DNA of 50,565 nucleotides from Myxococcales bacterium (GTDB lineage Bacteria > Myxococcota_A > Polyangia > Polyangiales > Polyangiaceae). Within the stretch, counting starts at the first letter, position 1. The number at the start of each line of letters is the position of its first letter. The stretch lies in contig JAYTOU010000070.1 of NCBI GenBank assembly GCA_043747615.1, positions 1-50,565 on the forward strand, in the 5' to 3' direction. A program made the position numbers and the translations under genes. This document shows, piece by piece, positions 1 through 9,103 of this stretch. The notes beneath the pieces are model-generated. The model was not told where the DNA came from and ran no database searches. It was given only the letters and a program-made list of their open reading frames with translations.

Positions 1-23
1 TTCAATTCCCGTTGGGGTCACCA
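1..23 (+). tRNA. 3' end of a tRNA gene (T-loop, acceptor stem, CCA), probably tRNA-Glu; truncated by the window edge
   Basis: TTCAATTCCCGTTGGGGTCACCA: T-loop TTCAAT, T-stem, acceptor strand ending in CCA. It resembles bacterial tRNA-Glu 3' ends; the anticodon is outside the window. Confidence 0.8.
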
Positions 24-63
24 TTTCTACTCGGAAAAAGAAGCGGTTTCGTGAGTTTTTGAC

Positions 64-708
64 TCAGCTCACCGCCTGGTGTCCCAAAGATGTCCCAACG
101 GGCGCATCAAGGGCTGCCATGAACTCCCGTCCGCCACCGGGCGAGAGGTGCGAATAGCGCATCTTCATCTGGATCGTGGAGTGGCCTAGCCATTCCTGAA
201 CCTGACGGAGAGGCGCCCCCGACATCACGAGCTGACTGGCGAACGAGTGCCGGCAGTCGTGCCATCGGATCTTGCGTAGCCCTGCCCTGCGGCATGCGCC
301 CCAGAGCCTTTCGTGCAGCTGGTAGATGCTGAGGGGCTTCCCGTCCGGGTTGCAGAAGACGCGAGGGCCTCTCAGGTGCTTCAGCTCCTTTAACGCCCGT
401 TCTAGCTCGGGGGTCGTTGGAACCTTTCGATCCTTGCCGCTCTTCGTGGGCCCTACGATGCCCAGCGACGACGAACGGCGAATGATGACCTTCTTGTTAG
501 TGAAATCGAGATCGCCCCACTCAGGGCGATCTGCTCCCCTGCCCTGGCGCCCGTCCGGAACGCGAAGAGCAAGAGCGCTCGTTCCTCGATGTTGCGCGCC
601 GCACTGATCGCCAAGGCCGACTCTTCGCTGTTGAAGAAGTCCGTCTTGGAGTCCGGGGAGTGGGAGATCCTCACGGCGGTGCCGGCCTTTCCGAAACTGA
701 AGGTGCCG
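64..708 (-). pseudogene. tyrosine recombinase/integrase remnant (catalytic domain only, frameshifted)
   Basis: Manual translation gives TGARAGEQIAL / EWGDLDF...TKSGKDRKV...WHDCRHSFASQL...WLGHSTIQMKMRYSHL, i.e. the R, K, HxxR, H and Y residues. There is a 1-bp frameshift near 522, the N-terminus is missing, and 658-708 is inverted. Confidence 0.9.
78..98 (+). repeat. putative integrase arm-type sites (TGTCCCAA x2, 11-bp period)
   Basis: GGTGTCCCAA-A-GATGTCCCAA; the same motif recurs at the other island end. Confidence 0.6.
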
Positions 709-2180
709 AGCAAGAGTTTCACCTCGCCGCGCGCGCCGCCATCCTGTCGTTCATCGTCGTGTTCGGCGTCACCAAAGCGCTCACGAACTACCTCGCGGGC
801 CGGCTCTCGGATGCGTATGGGCGCAAGGTAATCTTGGTCGGCGGCTGGCTCGTGGCGTGCCCGGTGCCGTTTCTCCTCATGTGGGCGCCCTCGTGGAGCT
901 GGGTACTCTTCGCGAACGTGCTGCTCGGCATGAGCCAAGGGCTCACGTGGTCCACGACGGTCATCATGAAGATCGACCTCGCGGGGCCGCAGAAGCGCGG
1001 GCTTGCGATGGGCCTGAACGAGTTCGCCGGTTACTTCGCCGTGGCGATGTCCGCGCTCGCGACCGGGACCATTGCCTCGACGTTCGGCCTTCGCCCGCAG
1101 CCGTTCTATTTGGGCGTCGTCTTCGTCACGTTCGGTCTCTTGCTGTCCCTCGTCCTCGTGCGCGAGACGAAGCACCACGTCCACCACGAGGCGAAGCTCG
1201 AAGGAGCCTTGCCACCAGGCGGCGTGCCTTCGCAGCGGCAAGTTTTCGCGCTTACCTCGGTGCGCGACAAGAACCTGTCGAGCGTGAGCCAGGCAGGGCT
1301 CGTCAACAACCTGAACGACGGCATGGCGTGGGGACTTTTCCCGATCTTCTTCGCCGCCTCCGGCATGAGCCTCGCTCAGATCGGGTGGCTCGCCGCGATC
1401 TATCCCGGCGTGTGGGGAATGGGGCAGCTCTTCACTGGAGCGCTCTCCGACAAGATCGGACGCAAGTGGCTCATCGTGACGGGGATGTGGGTACAGGCGA
1501 TCGGCATCGTCGTGACGGTGCTCTCCAAGATGTTCTTGGACTTCGCCGTGGGCGGTGTGCTCCTCGGCCTGGGGACCGCGATGGTGTACCCGACGCTGCT
1601 CGCCGCGATTGGCGATGTCGCTCACCCAACGTGGCGCGCGTCGACGGTCGGCGTGTACCGGCTCTGGCGCGATCTCGGTTACGCGATCGGCGCTCTGCTC
1701 GCCGGTGTCGTCGCCGATGCGCTCGGGCTCCGCGCCGCGATCTGGGCCATCGCTGCGCTCACCTTCGGCTCGGGACTCGTGGCGGCCTTCCGTATGAAAG
1801 AGACGTTGGGGGCACGGCGGACGGGCGCGAAGCTCGTGCCCGAGCCAGCTTGTATCACGGTGGATGATCTGGACTCGCTCATGGGGAAGCGTGAGGCTGT
1901 GTTCGTCGTCGACGTGCGCTCCCCCGAGGAGTTTGCCGCCGCCCATGTGTCGAGCGCGACGAACATCCCGCTGCAGACGCTCGAAGCGAATGCAGGCACT
2001 CTCCCGCTCGACGCGCTCGTGGTCACGGTTTGCGGCAAGGGTGGCGGGCGGTCCGAGAGCGCCGCCAAGTTGCTCCGCCAACGCGGTTTTCAAACAGCGC
2101 TATCGCTATGCGGCGGGACGAACGCCTGGATGACGGCGCATAGCGAGAAAACGACTGGTCTTCTAACGACGCCACCATGA
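660..2180 (+). CDS. MFS transporter fused to a C-terminal rhodanese domain; 5'-truncated (authentic sequence starts ~705)
   Basis: MFS motifs [10 protein letters not shown] and [10 protein letters not shown] with multiple TM helices. The C-terminal [15 protein letters not shown]...VCGKGGGRS...LCGGTNAW is a rhodanese signature. The first helix appears lost at the integrase junction. Confidence 0.8.
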   Translation: MGDPHGGAGLSETEGAEQEFHLAARAAILSFIVVFGVTKALTNYLAGRLSDAYGRKVILVGGWLVACPVPFLLMWAPSWSWVLFANVLLGMSQGLTWSTTVIMKIDLAGPQKRGLAMGLNEFAGYFAVAMSALATGTIASTFGLRPQPFYLGVVFVTFGLLLSLVLVRETKHHVHHEAKLEGALPPGGVPSQRQVFALTSVRDKNLSSVSQAGLVNNLNDGMAWGLFPIFFAASGMSLAQIGWLAAIYPGVWGMGQLFTGALSDKIGRKWLIVTGMWVQAIGIVVTVLSKMFLDFAVGGVLLGLGTAMVYPTLLAAIGDVAHPTWRASTVGVYRLWRDLGYAIGALLAGVVADALGLRAAIWAIAALTFGSGLVAAFRMKETLGARRTGAKLVPEPACITVDDLDSLMGKREAVFVVDVRSPEEFAAAHVSSATNIPLQTLEANAGTLPLDALVVTVCGKGGGRSESAAKLLRQRGFQTALSLCGGTNAWMTAHSEKTTGLLTTPP

Positions 2181-3192
2181 TCTACCTCGACTACAACGCC
2201 ACGACGCCGCTGCTCCCCGAGGTCATCGCCGCGATGGATCCGTATTTGCGCGAGCATTTCGGCAATCCATCGAGCAGTCATGTCTACGGACAGCGGGCGC
2301 GCGGGGCGATCGATGTCGCGCGGTCTCAAGTCGCGGAGCTCCTCGGCTGCGAGCCCGACGAGGTGATCTTCACGTCGGGCGGGACCGAAGCTAACAACCT
2401 CGCGATTCGCGGGGTCGCCGAAGCGAGCGAAGGGAAGCGCCACATCGTCACCTCGACCATCGAGCACCCGGCGACGGCGGCCCCGTGATCGTGCACGCGA
2501 ACAACGAGACCGGGACGATGCAGCCCATCGCCGAGCTCGCCGGTATCGCACGCGAGCGTGGCTGTCTGGTCCACACGGATGCCGCGCAGTCGGTTGGCAA
2601 GGTGCGGACGAAGGTGCGCGAGCTTGGCGTAGACCTGCTCTCCGTCGCCGGGCACAAACTCTACGCGCCGAAGGGTGTCGGTGCGCTGTACGTACGCAGG
2701 GGAACCCCGCTGCGACCGTTCGTTCTTGGAGCCGGGCACGAGCGCGGTCTGCGGCCGGGCACCGAGAACGTGGCTTCGATCGTCGCTCTTGGAGTCGCCT
2801 GCGAGCTTGCCGGGAAGCGTCTCTCCGTATCGGGCGACGCCGTACGCGCTCTCCGCGATCGACTCTGGGCTCGCCTCCTTGCAGTCGTCCCTGGGCTCGC
2901 GTTGAACGGGCACGAGACCGAGCGACTGCCGAACACGTTGAATGTGCGTTTTCCCGGAGTGACCGGGAGCGCGGTGCTCGGCTCGGCGCCCGAGGTTGCC
3001 GCTTCGACGGGCTCGGCGTGCCACGAGGGCGGTCGCGAGAGGGCTTCGTCGGTGTTGCTCGAGATGGGGCTGCGGCCTGATGAAGCCCTCGGATCCGTCC
3101 GTCTCTCTTTGGGGGTGGCGACGACGACGCAGGACGTGGACGACGCTGCCGACGTGCTCACGCGGGGATGGCGAGCATTGGGATCATCCTAA
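2177..3192 (+). pseudogene. cysteine desulfurase / selenocysteine lyase (NifS/IscS family), split by an internal deletion and frameshift
   Basis: [20 protein letters not shown] and EHPA lie in the first frame. HANNETG, HTDAAQ, AGHKLYAPKG (PLP Lys) and STGSAC (catalytic Cys) lie in the second. About 40 codons normally found between EHPA and HANNE are absent. Confidence 0.85.
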
Positions 3193-3223
3193 TGCGATGA
3201 GTGGACGGCACGTGGATCGTCGC

Positions 3224-4480
3224 TCACTTGCGCAGCGCGCACGTACGAAAGCCGGCCAAGACGTCCCGACGATCCGGTGGGTAGAAGTTGCGCCAGGTAT
3301 TCCGGAGCAGCCGCGCGCGCGTCGCCCAACAACCGCCGCGCAGCACCTTGTGGGGCGTCGCGAACCACGGCTCCGAGTACTCCCGGTAAGGATCGACGAT
3401 GAAGCCCTGATAAGGTCCGAAATCAGTCGCCGTCCACTCCCACGTGTTGCCGATCATCTGTCGGCAGCCGAACGCGCTGTCTCCGGCGGCAAACGCGCCG
3501 ACGTCCACGGGCCCACCGCAGCGGCCATCCAGGTTCGCGTTCGCTTCGGACGGCACGGCCTCACCCCACGGGAAAGGGCGCTTTTCGTCCGTCGACGCAG
3601 CGAGCTCCCACTCCGCCTCCGTCGGCAGTCGGCGCTGTGCCCAACGACAATAGGCTTCCGCCTCGAACCAACACACGTGCACGATCGGCTGGTGCGGCGG
3701 CAGCGGCTCGCGCTTGTCGTAACGGCGCACGTCGAAACCGCCGTCGCCGAGCGGACGCCAGTACACGGGATGGTGTGCGCCGTTTCGCGTGCGCCAGTTC
3801 CACCCGGCATCCGTCCACAGCTCACGCCGAGCGTAGCCCCGTGCCTGGACAAACTTCAGGAACTCCTCGTTGGTGACGGCCGCGCGCGCGATTCGAAACG
3901 TCGGTACGTCGACCGGATGCGCCCACTTCTCGTTGTCGAATACGAACGATTCGCGAGGGGTCGCACCGAGCTGGTACCGGCAACCCCGCACCTCGACGTC
4001 GCCCGGAAGCGCCCCTCCGGCGACGGCGAGCGTAGTGACACCCGCGTGCACGAATGTCGGTGCCGGGTAGGCGAGGGTCTGGCGCGTGTATGTCAAGGCC
4101 TCGTCGTGCATGTCCTCGTGGAACAGCGCGAGTCGATGAAAATAGGGATCTTCAACGTCTCGGTCCGTCTCGCAGCATCGTTCGAAGACCTCGGCCATGT
4201 ACGCGAGGGTGGCCTGACGATCTGGAAGCGTCAGGTCCCAGCGCGTGTCGTGCGGGACGCGAGCGGAGTCGTAGAGCGCGTCCCCATCCGAGCGGATCGG
4301 CGACACACCGCGCGCATGCCGCAGCGCCCATTGTTCTTGGAACCAGGCAACGTGCCCGAGCTCCCAGCGGAGCGGATTGACGATCGCCAGACGGGGCCCG
4401 AGCCATTGCTCGTCGGTGAGGTCGAGCGCCAGGCCAAGCGTCCGCGCCCGCGAGTCCTTCAGGTCATCGATAATTCCCAT
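3224..4480 (-). CDS. senA: selenoneine synthase SenA (EgtB-like: DinB domain + FGE-sulfatase domain)
   Basis: NPLRWELGHVAWFQEQW signature, HEDMHDE iron motif, FDNEKWAH, RLPTEAEWE, GNTWEWT, RGGCW, RNFY...GFR. It lies next to senB and selD. Confidence 0.88.
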   Translation of the reverse strand: MGIIDDLKDSRARTLGLALDLTDEQWLGPRLAIVNPLRWELGHVAWFQEQWALRHARGVSPIRSDGDALYDSARVPHDTRWDLTLPDRQATLAYMAEVFERCCETDRDVEDPYFHRLALFHEDMHDEALTYTRQTLAYPAPTFVHAGVTTLAVAGGALPGDVEVRGCRYQLGATPRESFVFDNEKWAHPVDVPTFRIARAAVTNEEFLKFVQARGYARRELWTDAGWNWRTRNGAHHPVYWRPLGDGGFDVRRYDKREPLPPHQPIVHVCWFEAEAYCRWAQRRLPTEAEWELAASTDEKRPFPWGEAVPSEANANLDGRCGGPVDVGAFAAGDSAFGCRQMIGNTWEWTATDFGPYQGFIVDPYREYSEPWFATPHKVLRGGCWATRARLLRNTWRNFYPPDRRDVLAGFRTCALRK

Positions 4481-4512
4481 GCGACGCTCTCGCAATCTAC
4501 ACTCCACCGCGC

Positions 4513-5514
4513 ATGAATGTCGTCTTCGTATGCAAGGCCCCGCGGGGCTCGCGCCTGGGGAACCGCATCACCGCGCTTCGCTGGAAGAAGCTGGTGGAGG
4601 AGCTCGGACACCGCGTGGTGATCACCTCGTCCCTCCCCCGCGGCCCGTACGACGTCCTCGTCGCACTGCATGCCCGTCTCGCGGCGGGCGCCGTCGCGTG
4701 GTCGCGCGCGAACCACGCCTCGCGCCCCATCGTCGTCGCCTTGACCGGAACGGACCTCTATCGCGACATTCACCACGACGCCGAGGCGAAGGAATCGCTC
4801 GCGCTCGCGGATCGTCTCATCGTCTTGCACGAGCTTGCGCCTCTCGACGTCCCAAGGCCCTTCCGAAGCAAGACGCGCGTCATTCGTCAATCGGCGCCGC
4901 CCGCGCCACGCCAAACGTCTGGCGGCGCAAAAGAGCGCGACGCCTTCGAGGTCGCATTCGTCGCCCACCTGCGCGCCGAGAAGGATCCCATGCGCGTTGC
5001 CGCCGCCGTTCGCTTGCTGCCGGCGGCGTCGCGCGTGCGCGTTCGGCATGTCGGCCGCGCGCTCAGCGAAGAACTGGACCGGCAGGCAACGAAGGAGACG
5101 AAAACGAACGCGCGGTACGCTTGGCTCGGCGAGGTCTCCCCGGCGCGCGCCCGCCACCTGATCGCGCGGTCGCACGTGCTCGTCCTCACGAGCATCATGG
5201 AGGGCGGGGCGAACGTCCTCGGCGAGGCAATCGTCGCCGGAACACCGCCGATCACGTCGCGCATCCCCGCCGCCGTCGCGGCGCTCGGCGCGAAGTACCC
5301 TGGTTTTTTCCCGGTTGGCGACACGCGAGCGCTCGCGCGCATGCTGTCGCGCGCGGAACGCGAACCTGCGTTCCTCGCCGAGCTACGGCGGCAGACCCGC
5401 GCCCGCCGCCATCTCTTCACGGCGAAGGCGGAGAGAAGCGCATGGCGTTCGCTGCTCGAAGAGCTCGCGCCGCCCGCTCGGGCGCGACGCGGCGAACCTC
5501 ACCCGATAGGATGA
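4513..5514 (+). CDS. senB: selenosugar synthase SenB (GT-B glycosyltransferase)
   Basis: GNRITALRW, ALHAR, LTGTDLYRD, HLRAEKDP and SIMEGGANV motifs; lies between senA and selD. Confidence 0.88.
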   Translation: MNVVFVCKAPRGSRLGNRITALRWKKLVEELGHRVVITSSLPRGPYDVLVALHARLAAGAVAWSRANHASRPIVVALTGTDLYRDIHHDAEAKESLALADRLIVLHELAPLDVPRPFRSKTRVIRQSAPPAPRQTSGGAKERDAFEVAFVAHLRAEKDPMRVAAAVRLLPAASRVRVRHVGRALSEELDRQATKETKTNARYAWLGEVSPARARHLIARSHVLVLTSIMEGGANVLGEAIVAGTPPITSRIPAAVAALGAKYPGFFPVGDTRALARMLSRAEREPAFLAELRRQTRARRHLFTAKAERSAWRSLLEELAPPARARRGEPHPIG

Positions 5515-5518
5515 TGAG

Positions 5519-6898
5519 ATGAGCAAGCACTACGACGCAATCGTCATCGGCACAGGTCAGGCAGGTCCGTCGCTCGCCGTACGTCTGGCAAGCGCGGGAC
5601 GAAAGACCGCGATCCTCGAGCGAAAGCGGTTCGGCGGCACATGCGTCAACGTCGGGTGCATCCCCAGCAAGACCTTGATCGCCAGCGCGCGCACCGCTCA
5701 TGTCGCCAGGCGCGCCGCGGACTACGGCGTGATCGTCGAAGGCGGGGTCACTGTCGACATGAAACGCGTGAAGGCGCGCAAGGACGCTGTGGTCCAGCGG
5801 TCGAACGAGGGCGTCACGCGCTGGCTCCGGAATACGGCGAACCTCACGGTGATCGAGGGGCACGGCCGATTCGAAGGCCCCCACGTCATCCGCGTGAACG
5901 ACGACGTCCTCGAGGCCCCTCAGGTCTTCATCAACGTCGGTGCGCGCCCGATGGTGCCCGACCTTCCGGGGCTCGACGGGGTGCCGTTTCTCACGAGCTC
6001 CTCGATCATGGATGTCGACTTCGTCCCCGAGCATCTGATCATCATCGGAGGCAGCTACATCGGCCTCGAGTTTGCTCAGATGTATCGCCGCTTCGGCAGT
6101 CGAGTGACGGTGATCGAGAAGGGACCGCGGATCGCGGCGCGCGAGGACGAGGACGTTTCAACCGAGATCAAGAGTATTCTCGAGGCCGAAGAGATCGCGT
6201 TCAAGTTGAACGCGCAGTGCTTGAAGTTCGGCCGGCGCGGAGACGGGGTGGTCGTGTCGGTGAGCTGCGACGGAACGCTCGACGAGATCGCGGGCTCGCA
6301 TCTCCTCGTAGCCGTTGGGCGGGTGCCAAACACCGCCGACCTTGGGCTCGACGCCGCGGACGTCGCCGTGGATGCGCACGGCTTCGTCGTCGTCGACGAC
6401 GAGCTCCGCACGAGCGTCCCCGGGGTATGGGCCCTCGGAGACGCGAACGGTCGCGGCGCGTTCACGCACACGTCTTACAACGACTATGAGATCGTCGCCG
6501 CGAACTTGCTCGATGGTGGCTCACGCCGCGTGAGTGATCGCATCCCGGCCTACGCGCTCTTCGTCGACCCGCCGCTCGGCCGCGCAGGGCTGACCGAGCG
6601 CGACGTGCGCGCCTCCGGCCAGAAAGCGCTGATCGGGAAGATGATGATGGCGCGCGTCGGTCGGGCGCAGGAGCGCGGCGAGACTCTGGGCTTCATGAAA
6701 GTGATCGTCGACGCAGAGAGCCGCAAGATCCTGGGCGCGTCCCTACTCGGGATCGAAGCGGACGAGGTCATCCACGCGCTCCTCGACGTGATGTACGCTG
6801 GCGGCACCTGCGACCTCATCACGCGGGCAATGCACATCCATCCGACGGTCTCGGAGCTGATCCCGACCCTACTCGGCGATCTGAAGCCGCTGGAGTGA
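5519..6898 (+). CDS. FAD-dependent pyridine nucleotide-disulfide oxidoreductase (mercuric-reductase-like, no C-terminal CC)
   Basis: GTGQAG FAD motif, GGTCVNVGCIPSK redox CxxxxC, GGSYIG, C-terminal HPTVSE; starts 4 bp after senB. Confidence 0.88.
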   Translation: MSKHYDAIVIGTGQAGPSLAVRLASAGRKTAILERKRFGGTCVNVGCIPSKTLIASARTAHVARRAADYGVIVEGGVTVDMKRVKARKDAVVQRSNEGVTRWLRNTANLTVIEGHGRFEGPHVIRVNDDVLEAPQVFINVGARPMVPDLPGLDGVPFLTSSSIMDVDFVPEHLIIIGGSYIGLEFAQMYRRFGSRVTVIEKGPRIAAREDEDVSTEIKSILEAEEIAFKLNAQCLKFGRRGDGVVVSVSCDGTLDEIAGSHLLVAVGRVPNTADLGLDAADVAVDAHGFVVVDDELRTSVPGVWALGDANGRGAFTHTSYNDYEIVAANLLDGGSRRVSDRIPAYALFVDPPLGRAGLTERDVRASGQKALIGKMMMARVGRAQERGETLGFMKVIVDAESRKILGASLLGIEADEVIHALLDVMYAGGTCDLITRAMHIHPTVSELIPTLLGDLKPLE

Positions 6899-6906
6899 TC
6901 GAAATT

Positions 6907-7950
6907 TCAGCGATCGACCACGTGGATGTGGCCGACGCGCCCGGCGGCGAGCGTTCCGATGATCGCCGCGCAGGGTGTTCCGCGGGAGCGCAGCTCGCCA
7001 ATGAGCTTGTCCGCCTCGTCGGGCGAGACGGCGATCAGCAAACCGCCTGAAGTCTGAGCATCGCTGAGGACGAGCTGCGACTCCTTGTCGATCCCGGTCG
7101 CGTACTCGACCGAGTCGCTCAGGAAGCGCCAGTTTGCGTGGGTGCCCCCCGGCGCGATCCCTTCGCGGACATAGGTCCAGGCCGCGTCGATCACGGGCAC
7201 GTCCTCGAGGCGCACGGTCGCGCTGCATCCGCTCGCCCTGACGATGTTGCGCAGGTGGCCGAGGAGACCGAAACCGGTGATGTCGGTGCAGGCGTGCACG
7301 GACACCGTGGCCATCGCCTCTGCTGCCGCGCGGTTCAGCATGCTCATGAGACGGATCGCCTCGCCGATGGCGTGCGCAGCATCGCGATCTTGCTTTGCCG
7401 CGGTGGTCACGATTCCAATGCCGATCGGCTTCGTGAGGACGAGGACGTCACCCGGAAGACCACCGGCGTTCGAGGCGATCTTCTTGGGATGCACCATGCC
7501 GGTCACTGCGAGCCCGTAGATGGGTTCGTCGGTCTTGATCGTGTGACCACCGACGATGTCGATCCCGGCCTCCCGTGCCTTCTCCGCGCCGCCGCGCAAA
7601 ATCTCGCCGAGCACCGACACGTCGAGCTCGGATTCCGGGAAGCCGACGAGGTTGAGCGCGGCGATGGGCCAGCCGCCCATGGCGTAAACGTCGCTGAGCG
7701 CGTTCGCCGCGGCCACTGCCCCGAACTCGTACGGATCGTCCACGACGGGCGTGAAGAAATCCGTGGTCAAGACGAGAGCTCGCTCGTCATCGATGCGATA
7801 GACCGCGGCGTCATCGCCGGTCGCGCTCCCGACGAGCACGTTCGGATCGGTGACGGGCGGTAGTCTGCTGAGCAGCGGAAAGAGGTAGCCGGGCGGATGT
7901 TTTGCGGCGCAACCAGCGCGCTTGGCAATCTGCGTGAGGCGAACGGACAT
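6907..7950 (-). CDS. selD: selenide, water dikinase (selenophosphate synthetase, SenC role)
   Basis: RLTQ...AGCAAK (Cys form), DDAAVY, TTDFFTPVVDDP, ANALSDVYAMGG, GGHT, TDITGFGLLGH, DAQTSGGLL; AGGAG RBS. Confidence 0.96.
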   Translation of the reverse strand: MSVRLTQIAKRAGCAAKHPPGYLFPLLSRLPPVTDPNVLVGSATGDDAAVYRIDDERALVLTTDFFTPVVDDPYEFGAVAAANALSDVYAMGGWPIAALNLVGFPESELDVSVLGEILRGGAEKAREAGIDIVGGHTIKTDEPIYGLAVTGMVHPKKIASNAGGLPGDVLVLTKPIGIGIVTTAAKQDRDAAHAIGEAIRLMSMLNRAAAEAMATVSVHACTDITGFGLLGHLRNIVRASGCSATVRLEDVPVIDAAWTYVREGIAPGGTHANWRFLSDSVEYATGIDKESQLVLSDAQTSGGLLIAVSPDEADKLIGELRSRGTPCAAIIGTLAAGRVGHIHVVDR

Positions 7951-7977
7951 CGCATTCTCCTGTGGGTGATCAGTAAG

Positions 7978-9018
7978 TCATGCCATGGACGCGAGGCCAG
8001 CAGCGGTCGCTACGAGCCAGACGCCAAGGGCCAAGGCCACGGCGACGCGAGGCCGTGACTCGCGTGCGAGGACGAAGAGAGAGGGCAGGTTCACGATCGG
8101 CCCCGCGACCACGAACGCAACGGCGACGCCGATCGGCGCGCCCGCGGCGAGCAGCAGGAGCGCGACCGGGACTTCGAAGAACGTGGGCAGAGCAACGAGC
8201 ATTCCGATGAGAGCGACCACGGTGATCGCGAAGACCGTACCTCCACGCGTGAGCATGGCGACGTGCGGAAGAAGAAGGCCTGAAACGAGCACGCCGGCGA
8301 TGATGAGCGGCACGGTCACGACGGTGAGGTACCCAACGCTCCTCGCGAAGCGGACGAGCAGGGCGCCGAGCGTCATGTCCTCGTCGGCATCGACCTCGCA
8401 CGCGACGCTGCGCGCGGGTGACACGTCTTTCTCCATGGCCCGGCCGATGCCCGCAGAGAGCCCGAGAACGATGACGAGCGCCGCCACGACGCGAACCGCA
8501 GCGACCCGCACGGGGAGGAGCGCGAAGCTCAACACGATGGCGGCGATGTTCAGGCCGGGCGACGCCAACATGACTGCGAGTGAAGGACCGAGGCGCGCAC
8601 CGCGCTCGTAGAGGCCCGTGAAGACCGGGGTGACACAGCAACAGCACAACATGAGCGGCGCGCCTGCGAGCGCCCCCATGATCGTCGGCCGCCCTCCGCG
8701 TGCCCCGAGCCAGCGCTTCACCCATGACGAGGGAACCGCCGCGCGAACCGCTGCGCCGACGAGGATCCCGAAGACGAGCGCTGGCCAGATTTTACCGAAG
8801 TAGAACAGCGTCGTTGCCACGACGCCTCCGTCAACGAGCGCCGACGTTGAAACGCCCAGCTTTCCGGACTCACGTACGCGCCCGAGCACGCGCAGCGAGC
8901 CGCCCCATTTGTAATAAAAGAGTGCCGACACGATCATCGCGAGGATGAAAGCGCCGCCGAATTGCGTGCGCGCGGAGCCTCCGGATTTGCCCGCCATTGC
9001 AGCCGAGGTCGTCGTCAT
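7978..9018 (-). CDS. DUF318/ArsP-type permease
   Basis: Multi-TM protein with PLMLCCCCVTP, ASPGLN, LPTFFEVP and GPIVNLPSL motifs; co-oriented directly upstream of selD. Confidence 0.75.
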   Translation of the reverse strand: MTTTSAAMAGKSGGSARTQFGGAFILAMIVSALFYYKWGGSLRVLGRVRESGKLGVSTSALVDGGVVATTLFYFGKIWPALVFGILVGAAVRAAVPSSWVKRWLGARGGRPTIMGALAGAPLMLCCCCVTPVFTGLYERGARLGPSLAVMLASPGLNIAAIVLSFALLPVRVAAVRVVAALVIVLGLSAGIGRAMEKDVSPARSVACEVDADEDMTLGALLVRFARSVGYLTVVTVPLIIAGVLVSGLLLPHVAMLTRGGTVFAITVVALIGMLVALPTFFEVPVALLLLAAGAPIGVAVAFVVAGPIVNLPSLFVLARESRPRVAVALALGVWLVATAAGLASMA

Positions 9019-9103
9019 CACCGGAAGATGAGCTTGTCTCGCTTCGCGACGCAACCGCTGTCTGGCGGGCTCGCTCCGATTCGGCCGCGCTCGGGCGAGC
9101 GCG

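Noticed and set aside
453..2093. long antisense and alternate-frame ORFs (also 2996-4516, 13774-14862, 29397-31259, 43330-44367)
   Set aside because: Shadow ORFs typical of high-GC coding DNA; they overlap motif-bearing genes and have Arg/Pro-rich composition
2486..2488. TGA in the desulfurase read as selenocysteine
   Set aside because: The downstream conserved motifs are in a different frame and ~40 codons are missing, so this is a deletion junction rather than in-frame recoding
3224..4480. ordinary ergothioneine EgtB
   Set aside because: The PLRWELGHVAWFQE and HEDMH signatures and the linkage to senB/selD fit SenA; no egtD or egtC is adjacent
5519..6898. mercury resistance gene merA
   Set aside because: No C-terminal Cys-Cys and no merR/T/P context
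6907..7950. SelD as a selenoprotein
   Set aside because: The active-site codon encodes Cys (AGCAAK); there is no in-frame TGA
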